A stretch of 64,000 nucleotides of DNA from an uncultured Solirubrobacterales bacterium (GTDB taxonomy: Bacteria > Actinomycetota > Thermoleophilia > Solirubrobacterales > Solirubrobacteraceae), in assembly GCA_963705995.1 (NCBI GenBank), contig CAVPLN010000019.1, positions 33,840 to 97,839 of the forward strand, given 5' to 3'. Position 1 is the stretch's first letter, and each line of letters opens with the position of its first letter. Shown in pieces: positions 22,782-32,693 of the stretch. The notes below the pieces were generated by a model that did no database searches, was not told the origin of the DNA, and saw only the letters and a list, made by a program, of their open reading frames with translations. The position numbers and the translations under genes are program-made.

Positions 22782-22853
22782 CTGCGGGACAAGGACTCGA
22801 ACCTTGAATTCCAGGGCCAGAACCTGGCGAGTTGCCGATTACTCCATCCCGCA
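22782..22853 (-). tRNA. tRNA-Gln (anticodon CTG), CCA not encoded
   Basis: TGCGGGA acceptor stem, D-arm GAGT/ACTC, CCAGG-TT-CTG-GC-CCTGG, CAAGG-TTCGAGT-CCTTG. Confidence 0.97.
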
Positions 22854-22953
22854 AAGGGACGACACCAGCCGGTCATCAGACCTGGCGTCGTGCAGCAGAC
22901 GGCGAGTATAGCCGCGCGGCCGTCGGTTCCACGCGTGGACGCGAGCGACGCGC

Positions 22954-23772
22954 TCAGGCCGGATCCGTGAACTGTGCCGGCGTGCCGCTGACCGCGGCCA
23001 TCACCGCCGCGAGCTGGTTGGGCGAGCCGATCAGCCCGCGCTGGAGCTGCGCCTCGAGTCCGAGCGCCTCGTCGAGCGGGCTCGTCCAGGTCTCGTCGAA
23101 CAGCCGCTTGGCAGCCCGAATGGCATCCGGCGAGAAGCCTGCGATCTCGGCGGCGAGCTCGCGCGCCGCCGCGAGCGGGTCCTCGGCGATCCGCGTCACG
23201 AGGCCGAGCTCGCAGGCCTCGGCGCCCGACAGCACGCGTCCGGTGAACGTCAGTTCCTTGGCGACGTCGGCCCGAACGAGCCGGGACAGCGTGCGGCTGA
23301 TGCCCATGTCCGGGACGAGCCCCCATTTCACCTCCATCACCGACAGGCGCGCATCGGCCGTCGCGATCCGCAGGTCGGCTCCGAGCGCGATCTGCAGCCC
23401 GCCGCCGTAGCAGACGCCGTGAACGGCCGCCACCACCGGCATCGGAAGCGCCGCCCAGGCGATGGCCGCCCGCTGAAAGAAGTTCGGTGGGGGATCCTCG
23501 AGGCGCCCGGTGATCGCCGACCCATCGGGGGCGGCGGCCATCATCGAGGCGATGTCGAGCCCCGAGCAGAAGCTCGGCCCGGCGCCATGCAGGACGACGG
23601 CGCGGATGCCCCGCTCGCCGTCGCGCAGCCGCTCCGCGGCGGCGACGATCCCCTCGAACATCGCCAGGTCGAGCGCGTTGTGCTTCTCGGGCCGGCTCAG
23701 CGTCACCACCGCGACGTGGTCGGAGACGTCGATTTCGACCCTGCGCTCGCCCGCCGGCGCGTCGCTGCTCAC
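22954..23772 (-). CDS. Enoyl-CoA hydratase/isomerase family protein
   Basis: LSRPEKHNAL, FCSGLD, GGGLQIALGADLR, EVKWGLVPDMG. Confidence 0.93.
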   Translation of the reverse strand: MSSDAPAGERRVEIDVSDHVAVVTLSRPEKHNALDLAMFEGIVAAAERLRDGERGIRAVVLHGAGPSFCSGLDIASMMAAAPDGSAITGRLEDPPPNFFQRAAIAWAALPMPVVAAVHGVCYGGGLQIALGADLRIATADARLSVMEVKWGLVPDMGISRTLSRLVRADVAKELTFTGRVLSGAEACELGLVTRIAEDPLAAARELAAEIAGFSPDAIRAAKRLFDETWTSPLDEALGLEAQLQRGLIGSPNQLAAVMAAVSGTPAQFTDPA

Positions 23773-23816
23773 GGAGCCGGAGCTTACGGCCTATGTCGCT
23801 GGCCTGCGACCGGCCG

Positions 23817-24605
23817 TCAGCCGGCGGCGAGCGCGACCGAGTCGCCGAGCCGGATTCGCCCGGCGCGCCTGACCGCCCCGTACACGCCGAACGGAAGCGC
23901 TTCGTCGGTCTCGAGGTGACCTCGGTAGCTTTGGAGCAGGTGCAGCGTCGGGAGGTCGACCTCCCCGGTCTCCGGATGCCGGGTCGTGATCATGCACCGA
24001 CCGACGTAGCCGTTGAAGCGGACCTGCGCCTCGCCGACCCGGACCACCTGGCCGACGAACGCGTCCTCGGCGTGAGCTGGGACGCCGTCGATCTCGATCA
24101 GCATCCGGAAGCGCCGCGCGTCGATCGACTCGACCGCACCCTCCTCGGCGAGCCGGGCGAGCGATCCGCGCGAGATCAGGCTGGCGGCTCCGTCGCGGCC
24201 CCGATCGACGGCGGTCTTGGCCCGGACGAGCCGCACGGGCGCTCCGAGATGGTCGCTCAGCGCCTCCGACCACGGTCCCTCCACGACCTCGACCTCGCGC
24301 GGGCGCGAGTAGAACAGGCTCCGGACCGGCTCGCCCGCAGCGACGCGGCCTGCGGCGGCGTGACCATCGGGAAAGCTCAGCGTCAGCTCCCCGGCATCCT
24401 CGTCAAACGAGGCCACCACCGACTGCAGCGAGCCGAAGGCCTTGCCGTTGACCATCCGGCCGTGCTCGTCGATCACGAAGAAGCACCGGTCGCCGCGTGC
24501 CCCGCTCGGCTCGAGCTCGATCTCCTCGACCGCGAGCAGCCGCGTACCCTTGACCGGCGTCACGGCCAGCGCCGTGACCGTTCCGTGGAGATCCTCGATG
24601 CTCAT
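23817..24605 (-). CDS. MOSC-domain protein
   Basis: PVKG, GDR.F.VID..G, RRFR.LIEIDG..AHAED, RC.ITT..PETG, FGVYG.V...GRIRLGD. Confidence 0.88.
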   Translation of the reverse strand: MSIEDLHGTVTALAVTPVKGTRLLAVEEIELEPSGARGDRCFFVIDEHGRMVNGKAFGSLQSVVASFDEDAGELTLSFPDGHAAAGRVAAGEPVRSLFYSRPREVEVVEGPWSEALSDHLGAPVRLVRAKTAVDRGRDGAASLISRGSLARLAEEGAVESIDARRFRMLIEIDGVPAHAEDAFVGQVVRVGEAQVRFNGYVGRCMITTRHPETGEVDLPTLHLLQSYRGHLETDEALPFGVYGAVRRAGRIRLGDSVALAAG

Positions 24606-26412
24606 GCGCTCGCCGGAGTCTGGGCGTTCCCCTCCTCCCAGGCACGATAGAGCTCCCAGTACCGGCCGTGGAGAGCGAGCAGCTCCTGATGCGTTCCGGC
24701 TTCGACGACGCCGCCCATGTTCGAGCACGACGATCCGTCCCGCCTGACGGATCGTCGACAGCCGGTGAGCGATCACGATCGCGGTCCGGCCGGCGACGAG
24801 TCGCCGCAACCCGGCCTCGATCACCTTCTCGGTGTGGACGTCGACGTTGGAGGTGGCCTCGTCGAGCACGAGGATCCGCGGATTCGCGACGAGCGCTCGC
24901 GCGAACGCGATCAGCTGGCGCTGACCCGCCGAGAGCTGCACGCCGCGCTCGCCGACCTCGGTGTCGTAGCCGTCGGGGAGAGCGGTGATGAAGTCGTCGG
25001 CGCCGACGGCGCGGGCCGCGGCGCGGACCGCCGCGTCGCCCGCTCCAGGCTGCCCGAAGAGGATGTTGTCCCGCACGCTGCCGCTGAACAGGAAGCCCTC
25101 CTGCGGCACGATTCCCATCTGGGAGCGCAGCGAGTGGGCGGTCACGGACCGCAGGTCGTGGCCGTCGACAAGCACCGTGCCCTCGGTCGGGTCGTAGAAG
25201 CGCGCGACCAGCTTCGCGAGCGTCGACTTGCCGGCGCCCGTCGCGCCGACGAGCGCGAGCGTCTGTCCGGCGGGGACGACCAGATCGACGTCGCGCAGAG
25301 CCCATGCCGACTCGGATCCCGCCCTGTACTGGAAGCCGACGCCCTCGAGCCGCAGTTCCCCGCGGATCCACGGCAGCTCGCGGGCGCCGGGAGCGTCGAC
25401 GAGGTCGGGCTGCTCGTCGAGCAGCTCGAAGATCTTGTCGAGCGCCGCCATCCCGGACTGGTAGGTCGTGTACAGCTGCGAGAGCTGCTGGATCGGGTCG
25501 AAGAAGTTGTTGAGCGCCGCCACGAATGCGAACACGGCACCCGTCGTGGCGTGGCCGTCGATCACCGCGGCCCCGCCGACCGCCAGGATCTCGACGGTGA
25601 CGAGCGCGGAGAGCAGCTCGACGGCCGGGAAGTAGGCGGCGTTCAGGTTGACGGTCGTCATGTTCGCGGCCCGGTTGCGGTCGTTCAGATAGCCGAAGTG
25701 CTTGAGGTGCTGCCGTTCCTGCGCGAACGACCGGATCACGCGGATCCCCGACAGCGTCTCCTGCAGGTAGCCGGTGATCGTCGCGATCCGCTCCCGTGTC
25801 AACCGGTACGCGCCCGCCGACGCGATCCGGAAGGCGACGCCGCCGGCGATCAGGAGGGGCAGCACGAGGAACGTCAGCAGCGCGAGATGCGCATCGATCA
25901 CCACCAGGATCACGACGACGCCGATCAGCGTCAGGCCGGATTGGAAGAGCGTTGCGATCCCGTCCGAGATCGAGCTGGTCGAGCGCTTCGACGTCGTTGG
26001 TCAGGCGCGAGATGATCACGCCCGGCGCGACGGCGCGAGTAGAACGAGATCGACAGCTTCTGCAGGTGCGCGAATAGCTCGATCCGCAGGTCCTGCAGGG
26101 CGCGCTGGCCGACCCAGCCCGACGAGGTACGTCTGCGCGTAGCTCGCGACGCCGTAGAGGACCGCGGAGGCGAGGAACGCGACGACGACGAGATCGAGCG
26201 CGGTCGTGTCATGGCGGTTGATGCCGTCGTCGATCGCCAGCTTCGCGAGCGGCGCCGGTGCGAGCGCGGCCGCCGTCGCGGTCACGAGCGAGACGATCAT
26301 CGCGACGACCCGCCAGCGGTACGGGGCGAGCAGCCCGGCGAGGCCCCGGAGCTTTCTGCCGCGGCCGGCAGGACGTGCGGGTTCGGGCGGCTGCGAAGCT
26401 GGTCGCGCTCAC
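24602..26412 (-). CDS. ABC exporter, fused permease/ATPase subunit 2 (several frameshifts)
   Basis: Fragments in alternating frames: IISRLTNDVEAL, GATGAGKST, LSAGQRQL, LDEATSNVD, IAHRLSTI. Confidence 0.88.
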
Positions 26413-28172
26413 AGCCGGCCTCCGCCGGCGGCGAGCGCCGTGCGGTCGGGGGCGCTCAGGTCCGACGATCTCCCGGCAGCACCTCGGAGCGCTCGATCAG
26501 CTCGTCGAACGTGCCACGATCGGCGACGCGCGCCGTCGGCGAGCACGACGATCTCGTCGGCGAGCGCGATCGTCGACAGGCGGTGGGCGATGACAGCGTC
26601 GTGCGGCCCGCCATCAGCTCGCCGAGGGCGGTCTTGATCGCACGCTCGGTCGACGCGTCGACCGACGAGGTCGCGTCGTCGAGGATCAGGATGCGCGGGT
26701 CGGCGAGCATCGCGCGCGCGATCGCGATCCGCTGGCGCTGCCCGCCGGACAGCGTCAGCCCGCGCTCGCCGACGAGCGTGTCATAGCCATCCGGCAGCGC
26801 GTCGATGAACTCCTCGGCCTGAGCTGCGCGCGCGGCTCGAACGACCTCCTCGCGGGTCGCGTCGGGACGGGCGTACGCGATGTTCTCGTGCACCGTGGCC
26901 GAGAACAGGAAGGGATCGTCGTCGACGACCGCGATCGCGGCCGCGCAGCGATGCGAGGTCGACCTGGCGGACGTCGGCGCCGTCGATCAGCACGCTGCCT
27001 GCGCTGACGTCGTAGAGCCGGGGGAGGAGCGAGACGAGCGCGGTCTTGCCCGAGCCCATCGCCCCGATCAGCGCGACCGTCCGCCCGCCGTCGATCTCCA
27101 GGTCGACGTCTCGAAGCGCCGCATGCGTCGCGCCCTCGAACCGCAGCGTGACGTTGCGCAGCTCGATCCGGCCCGGGCCGGCGCGGCAGCGCCGGCGCCC
27201 CGGCCGGAGCCGTCGATCCGCGGCTCCCGATCGAGCACCTCGAAGATCCGCGCCCCGGAGGCGGTCGCCCGCTGGGCCGAGGCGAGCATGTAGCCGAGCG
27301 TCTACATCGGCGAGATCAGCATCAGCAGGTAGGCGTAGAAGGCGGTGAACTGGCCGAGCGAGAGCTGGTGCGTCGATCACCTCGCGCCCGCCGATCAGCA
27401 GCATCGCGGCCAGCCCGAGGTTCGGGCAGGAAGCTGATCGTCGGCGCGAACCGGGCCTGGATCCGGTTGGCGAACACGGACTGGTCGGAAGAGCCGCTCG
27501 ACGGCCGCACGGAAACGCTCGAGCTGCAGGTCCTCGCGCGCGAACGCCTTGACCACGCGCACTCCCGAGATGTTCTCCTCGGCGTCGGCGGTCAGCTCGG
27601 CGATCTGCTGCTGGACCTCCTGCAGCGCGGGCCGTGAGCGCTTGCCGAAGCGGGTCGCGAGCAGCGACCACGAACGGGACCGGCAGCAGCGACAGAGCGG
27701 CGAGCTCGGGCTTGATCGCGAGCATCACGATCGCGGCGAGCACGATCGTCAGAATCGACTGGACGATGAAGATCAGGCCGTACCCGAGGAAGAAGCGCAC
27801 GGCCTGCAGGTCGACTGTCGCGCGCGACATCAGCTGCCCGGTCTGCTGGCGGTCGAAGAACGACAGCTCGAGCCGCTGGAACTGGGCGTAGAGGAGGTTG
27901 CGCAGGTCGAGCTCGACGCCGAGCGAGACGCGGCCCGCGACGAGGCGGCGGGCGACGCTCAGGCCGAGGCGGAGCACGCCTGCGCCGGCGATCGCGATCA
28001 CCCAGATGACGAGCTCGTGGCGGTTGTGGCTGCGCACCGAGTCGATCGCGTGGCCCGTCAGCGACGGGATCGCGACGGTCATGATCATCGCGCCCGCGGA
28101 GAGCGCGAACGCCGCCACGACGCCCGGCTTGAAGGGCGACAGGAAGCTGAGCATCCGTCTGAAGACGAGCAT
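26409..28172 (-). CDS. ABC exporter, fused permease/ATPase subunit 1 (several frameshifts)
   Basis: TGQLMSRATVDL, GAMGSGKT, LSGGQRQR, LDDATSSVD in alternating frames. Confidence 0.88.
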
Positions 28173-28199
28173 GACTTCAGAAAGTATAGTGAGGGCGCG

Positions 28200-28418
28200 A
28201 TGGATCGAGATCCCACCAGGCACGACCAGCCCGGCCCGCAGGCCGGGCTGTGCGACGGCTGCTCTCACCAGCAGCTCGTGCGCAACACCCGCGGATCGGT
28301 GTTCTCTCTGTGCCGCCGTTCGCGCACCGAACCCGGCCTCTATCGCCGCTACCCGCCGCTTCCGGTGATCAGCTGCAACGGCTACGAGCCGCGTGCCATC
28401 CGGCCCGGGGCGGGCTGA
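28200..28418 (+). CDS. Small four-Cys protein
   Basis: GLCDGCSH..VRNTRGSVFSLC.RS...Y.RYPPLPVISC.GY; TATAGT -10 lies 9 nt upstream. Confidence 0.7.
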   Translation: MDRDPTRHDQPGPQAGLCDGCSHQQLVRNTRGSVFSLCRRSRTEPGLYRRYPPLPVISCNGYEPRAIRPGAG

Positions 28419-28466
28419 GGGCTCCGGCGGCGGCACCGCGACCGCGACAGCGATTAGTGTTGGTGG

Positions 28467-28844
28467 ATGCACTATGAACACACAGAGCACGTGGCGGCCG
28501 AGCCCGACCGGCTGTTCGCGGTCCTTGCGAAGACCGGCAACCTGCCTCATTTCGTCCCCCAGCTGACCGCGGTTCGCTCCCTCGGTGGCGACCGGATCGA
28601 GGTCGAGGCGCGCTACGGCGGTCACACCCAGACGGGTGAGGCGTGGCTCCGCACCGATGCCGAGCGTCACCGTGTCGAGTGGGGCGTCGACGGCACCGCC
28701 TACCACGGCTCGTTCGAGGTCGGCGCCGACGGCGACGGCTCGTCGCTCGCGCTGTCGCTGACGACCGAGCACGAGCGCGATTTCGACGCGGACGTGACCG
28801 GCACGCTCGACGCGGTCAGGCGCCTGCTCGAAGCCGAGGTCTGA
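28467..28844 (+). CDS. SRPBCC/START-like protein
   Basis: AEPDRLFAVL....NLPHFVP, RVEWG...YHG; TAGTGT -10. Confidence 0.8.
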   Translation: MHYEHTEHVAAEPDRLFAVLAKTGNLPHFVPQLTAVRSLGGDRIEVEARYGGHTQTGEAWLRTDAERHRVEWGVDGTAYHGSFEVGADGDGSSLALSLTTEHERDFDADVTGTLDAVRRLLEAEV

Positions 28845-28853
28845 CCCGCGGCG

Positions 28854-30176
28854 TCACCCTTCGAGCGCTGCGAGCTCCTCGTCCGTCATCACCGGCTCCT
28901 CGGCTGAGGTCTGCGTCTGGGCGTTGACCACCGCACCCGGCGGCACCCGGACCCGGCCGTGCAGCAGCGGGTCGCCGGTCTCGACCATCCAGCGATGCAG
29001 GCGCCCGCGCAGATCGTCGAGCACGTCGCGATAGTCGGGATGATCGATCACGTTGCGACCCTCGCCGGGGTTGAAGAAGAGATCGTGCAGCGCCTCCCGC
29101 GCGACGACCCTCCGTCCCCAGCCACGATCGAGGTAGGCCTGCTTGCTCGGGCTGTCGTCGCAGTTCGGGAGGACCGGATAGGGGTAATCGTCGAAGCGCC
29201 GGATGTACTTGAAGCGGTCGGTGCGGATCGCACGCTGGGGCTCGTAGGCGGCGTGGTAGGTCAGCTCGGCGAAGATCGCCGTCCGGCTCCCCGGCGGCTC
29301 CTCGCCGCGGACGAGTGGTACAAGCGAACGGCCGACTGCCCATGCCGGGGTCGGGATGCCGGCCAGCTCGCAGATCGTCGGGTAGAGATCGACGTGCGAG
29401 ACGAGCTCGTCCTTGGCCCGCCCGCCGGTGAAGCCTCCCGGCCCGCGCACGATCAGCATCACGCCGATACCGCGATCGAGCAGGCTCGCCTTCGCGGTCG
29501 GGAACGCGAGACCGTGGTCGGTGGTGCAGATCACGAGCGTGCGCTCGTCGAGGCCGGTGTCGTGCAGCGCGTTGAGCACACCGCCGACGCCGTGGTCGAG
29601 CGAGCGGGCGCTCGCCTTGTACGCTGCGACGTCCTCGCGGATCTCCGGCGTGTCGGGCAGGAACGGCGGCGGCAGCGAGTACACGCGGTCACGCACCGAG
29701 CTGGGCGCGAAGAAGCTGCGGTGGGTTTCGAAGAAGCCGACCGACAGGAAGAAGGGCTCCGGCAACTCGCTGCGCAGCGCCCCGATCGCCGCCGGCCCGA
29801 CCGAGTGCACCATCGTGTCGCGGATGTCGTGGACGACGTCGTAGCCGAGCACGTGCGGATCGGTGGAGATGTGCTGCTCGCCGATCAGCTCGGAGTGGTA
29901 GCCATGCGACATCAGCACCCTGACGAGCTGGTGGTCGAGGTCTTTGAGACGGAAGCCGCGGTGGGCGAGACCGATCATCCCGTTCGTGTGGCAGTACTCG
30001 CCGGTCAGCAGCGCGGCCCTGCTGCCGGAGCAGGACGGTGCGGCACAGAAGGCGTTGCGGAACATGATCCCCTGGTCGGCCAGCCACTGGATGTTCGGCG
30101 TCGGGATCGCGTGTCCGTAGGGCTGCACGTAGCGGCCCGTGTCATGCGAGTGGAGGTAGAGGACGTTGAGCGGCAC
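28854..30176 (-). CDS. Sulfatase (N-sulfoglucosamine sulfohydrolase-like)
   Basis: NVLYLHSHDTG, TPNI, CAAPSCSGSRAALLTG, TTDHG, VSHVDLYPT. Confidence 0.9.
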   Translation of the reverse strand: MPLNVLYLHSHDTGRYVQPYGHAIPTPNIQWLADQGIMFRNAFCAAPSCSGSRAALLTGEYCHTNGMIGLAHRGFRLKDLDHQLVRVLMSHGYHSELIGEQHISTDPHVLGYDVVHDIRDTMVHSVGPAAIGALRSELPEPFFLSVGFFETHRSFFAPSSVRDRVYSLPPPFLPDTPEIREDVAAYKASARSLDHGVGGVLNALHDTGLDERTLVICTTDHGLAFPTAKASLLDRGIGVMLIVRGPGGFTGGRAKDELVSHVDLYPTICELAGIPTPAWAVGRSLVPLVRGEEPPGSRTAIFAELTYHAAYEPQRAIRTDRFKYIRRFDDYPYPVLPNCDDSPSKQAYLDRGWGRRVVAREALHDLFFNPGEGRNVIDHPDYRDVLDDLRGRLHRWMVETGDPLLHGRVRVPPGAVVNAQTQTSAEEPVMTDEELAALEG

Positions 30177-30250
30177 GAAGGGTTCCGCCGGGCGCGTCAG
30201 CCGGTCTCGGCGCTGACGCGGGCGGCGGCGTCACGATGGTACGCGGCCGC

Positions 30251-30274
30251 CATCAAGTCAGTCATCAAGTCAGT
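30251..30274 (+). repeat. 12-bp direct repeat, 2 copies, in the divergent sulfatase/pcaB promoter region
   Basis: catcaagtcagt-catcaagtcagt. Confidence 0.8.
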
Positions 30275-30317
30275 CGAATTTGTTGGCGGGCGCGGTGCCC
30301 ATAGACTCCCGGCGACG

Positions 30318-31475
30318 ATGCGTGCGGCCCCGGGCATGTTCGACGCCACCTACGGGCGCGGGCAGGTCTCCGCGCTGACCTCGGGTCCGGCCTGGCTCGA
30401 GGCGATGCTCGAGGTGGAGGCGGCACTCGCGCGCGCCGGCGCCGAACTCGGTCAGGTCCCCGTCGAGGCGGCTGCCGCGATCGCCGCCGCATGCCGGCCG
30501 GAGCATTTCGATCTCGGAGCGATCGTGCGCGAGGGCGGTGAGCACGCCACGCCCGTGATTGGGATCGTCCGCGAGCTGCGAGCCGCCGTCGGCGAGGAGC
30601 GCGCGGGCTTCGTGCACCGCGGGGCGACGAGCCAGGACATCGTCGACAGCGCGGCGATGCTGCTCGCCAGGCGCTCGCTCGCGGTGATCGACGCCGACAC
30701 CGCGGTGGCGGTGCGCGCCGCCGCCGGGCTGGCGCGCCGGTACCGCGACACGCCGATGGTCGGACGGACGCTGCTCCAGGCCGCGCTGCCCGTCTCCTTC
30801 GGCCTGCGCGCAGCGGGCTGGGCAGCGGGACTCGACGCCGCCCGGCGCGACCTCGAGGGCATCGCCGCGGGCCTCCCCGTGCAGCTGGGCGGGCCGGTCG
30901 GCACGGGCTCGCCAGAGCTCGCCGCGCTCGTCGCCCGCAGCCTCGCGCTCGCCGAGCCGCTGCTGCCGTGGCACGCGATCAGGCTCGTGCCGGCGCGCCT
31001 CGCCGGCGCGCTCGGCGCGCTCGCCGGCGTCCTCGGCAAGCTCGCCCGGGATGTCACGCTGCTCGCCCAGACGGAGGTGGGGGAGGTGTCGGAGGGCGGT
31101 GGTGCGGGCCGCGGCGGCTCGAGTGCGATGGCCCACAAGCGCAACCCGGTGGCCGCGGTCTCCGTGCTCGCGTGCAGCAAGCGCGTGCCTGCGCTGGTCT
31201 CGACGATCCTCGCCTCGATGGAGCAGGAGCACGAGCGCGCCGCCGGCGCCTGGCAGGCCGAGTGGGGAACGCTCGCCGACCTGCTCTCGCTGACCGGTTC
31301 GGCGGCGGCCTGGGGCCGCGACCTGCTCGAGCATCTGCACGTCGACGCCGAGCGCATGCGCGCCAACCTGGCGGTGCTCGATGTCCCCGGGGAGCCGGCA
31401 GGCACCGCATCGCACCACGAGCTCGGCTCCTCCGGCGAGCTGATCGACCGCGCGCTGGGCGGGCTCGCGCTGTGA
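30318..31475 (+). CDS. pcaB: 3-carboxy-cis,cis-muconate cycloisomerase (short form)
   Basis: MLEVEAALARA, VHRGATSQDI.D, GRTLLQ.A, GSSAMAHKRNPV, QEHERAAGAWQAEW. Confidence 0.88.
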   Translation: MRAAPGMFDATYGRGQVSALTSGPAWLEAMLEVEAALARAGAELGQVPVEAAAAIAAACRPEHFDLGAIVREGGEHATPVIGIVRELRAAVGEERAGFVHRGATSQDIVDSAAMLLARRSLAVIDADTAVAVRAAAGLARRYRDTPMVGRTLLQAALPVSFGLRAAGWAAGLDAARRDLEGIAAGLPVQLGGPVGTGSPELAALVARSLALAEPLLPWHAIRLVPARLAGALGALAGVLGKLARDVTLLAQTEVGEVSEGGGAGRGGSSAMAHKRNPVAAVSVLACSKRVPALVSTILASMEQEHERAAGAWQAEWGTLADLLSLTGSAAAWGRDLLEHLHVDAERMRANLAVLDVPGEPAGTASHHELGSSGELIDRALGGLAL

Positions 31476-32250
31476 GCACGGTCGCCCTCAACCACGAGGT
31501 CAGCGGCCCGGCCGGGGCGCCGCCGCTGCTGCTCGGCGGCTCGCTGGGCACGAACCTGTCGATGTGGGAGCCACAGCTGCAGGTGCTGTCCGCGTCCCGG
31601 CGGGTGATCCGCTTCGACCAGCGGGGCCACGGCGGCTCGCCCGCACCGCCGGGCCCCTACAGCCTCGCCGAGCTCGGCGGCGACGTGCTGGCGCTGCTCG
31701 ACGCACTCGCGATCGAGCGTGCCGATTACGCGGGCCTGTCGATCGGCGGCATGATCGGCCTCTGGCTCGCGATCAACGCCCCGGACCGGGTCGGCCGGAC
31801 CGTGATTATGTGCAGCTCGGCCAAGGTCGATGGCGCGCCCTTCAGCTCCCGTGCCGCGACGGTGCTCGAAGCCGGATCGCCCGCCGTCGTCGCGGATGCG
31901 GTGGTCGAACGCTGGTTCACGCCACCCTTCGCTGCGGCCAACCCGGAGATCGTCGCGCGGATGCGGGCGATGATCGCCGCCACCCCGGCCGCGGGCTATG
32001 CCGGCTGCTGCGAGGCGCTCGCGGCCATGGACCTGCGCCCGGGCCTCGCGCTGATCACCGCGCCGACGCTCGTGATCGCCGGCGCCGACGATCCGTCGCT
32101 GCCGGCGGCCGCGCACAGCCGGCCGATCGCGCGCCAGGTCCCTGGCGCTCGGTACGAGCTCGTCGGGCCGGCCGCCCACCTCGCCAGCATCGAGCAGGCG
32201 GACGCCGTCAACGCGCTGATCCTCGACCACTTGGGAGCCGCCGGAGATGA
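31472..32250 (+). CDS. pcaD: 3-oxoadipate enol-lactonase
   Basis: SLGT.LSMWEPQ, RFDQRGHG.S, GLSIGG, RWFT, GYAGCCEAL. Confidence 0.9.
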
Positions 32251-32645
32251 CTGAGCGGGAGCACAGTGACCAGTCGCGTCGCGAACAGGGGATGAAGGTC
32301 AGGCGCGAGGTTCTCGGCGACGCCCACGTCGACCGCGCGGTCGCCGGCACGACCGATTTCACCGCGCCGTTCCAGGACTTCATCACGCGGGTCGCGTGGG
32401 GAGAGATCTGGTCGCGCGACGGGCTCGATCGACGCACGCGCAGTGCTGTCACCCTCGCCGTGCTGACGGCGCTCGGTCGCGAGGGCGAGCTCGAGCTGCA
32501 CGTGCGGGCGGCGATCAGCAATGGCCTGACGCCCGAGGAGATCGCGGAGGTGCTGCTGCACACGGCCGTTTACGCCGGCGTGCCCGCGACCAACGCGGCG
32601 CTCGCGCTCGCTCGTCGCGTGCTCACCGACGACGGCGTCCTCTAG
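32247..32645 (+). CDS. pcaC: 4-carboxymuconolactone decarboxylase
   Basis: GMKVRREVLGDAHVDRA, FQDFITR.AWGEIW.R.GLDRRTRS, AVYAGVPA. Confidence 0.95.
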   Translation: MTEREHSDQSRREQGMKVRREVLGDAHVDRAVAGTTDFTAPFQDFITRVAWGEIWSRDGLDRRTRSAVTLAVLTALGREGELELHVRAAISNGLTPEEIAEVLLHTAVYAGVPATNAALALARRVLTDDGVL

Positions 32646-32693
32646 TGCATTAGTGTCCCGACCCACATCGAGACGAGATAGGAGGAGAGTCCC

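Noticed and set aside
22782-22853. tRNA-Gln as an integration site
   Set aside because: I saw no duplicated tRNA 3' end and no integrase in the window
23817-25913. Apparent ABC transporter-MOSC fusion ORF (698 aa)
   Set aside because: Created by indels near the ABC 3' end; MOSC has its own ATG at 24605 overlapping a TGA (ATGA coupling)
28959-30317. Long N-terminal extension of PcaB (838-aa ORF)
   Set aside because: Antisense shadow of the sulfatase gene; the real start follows TAGACT near 30318
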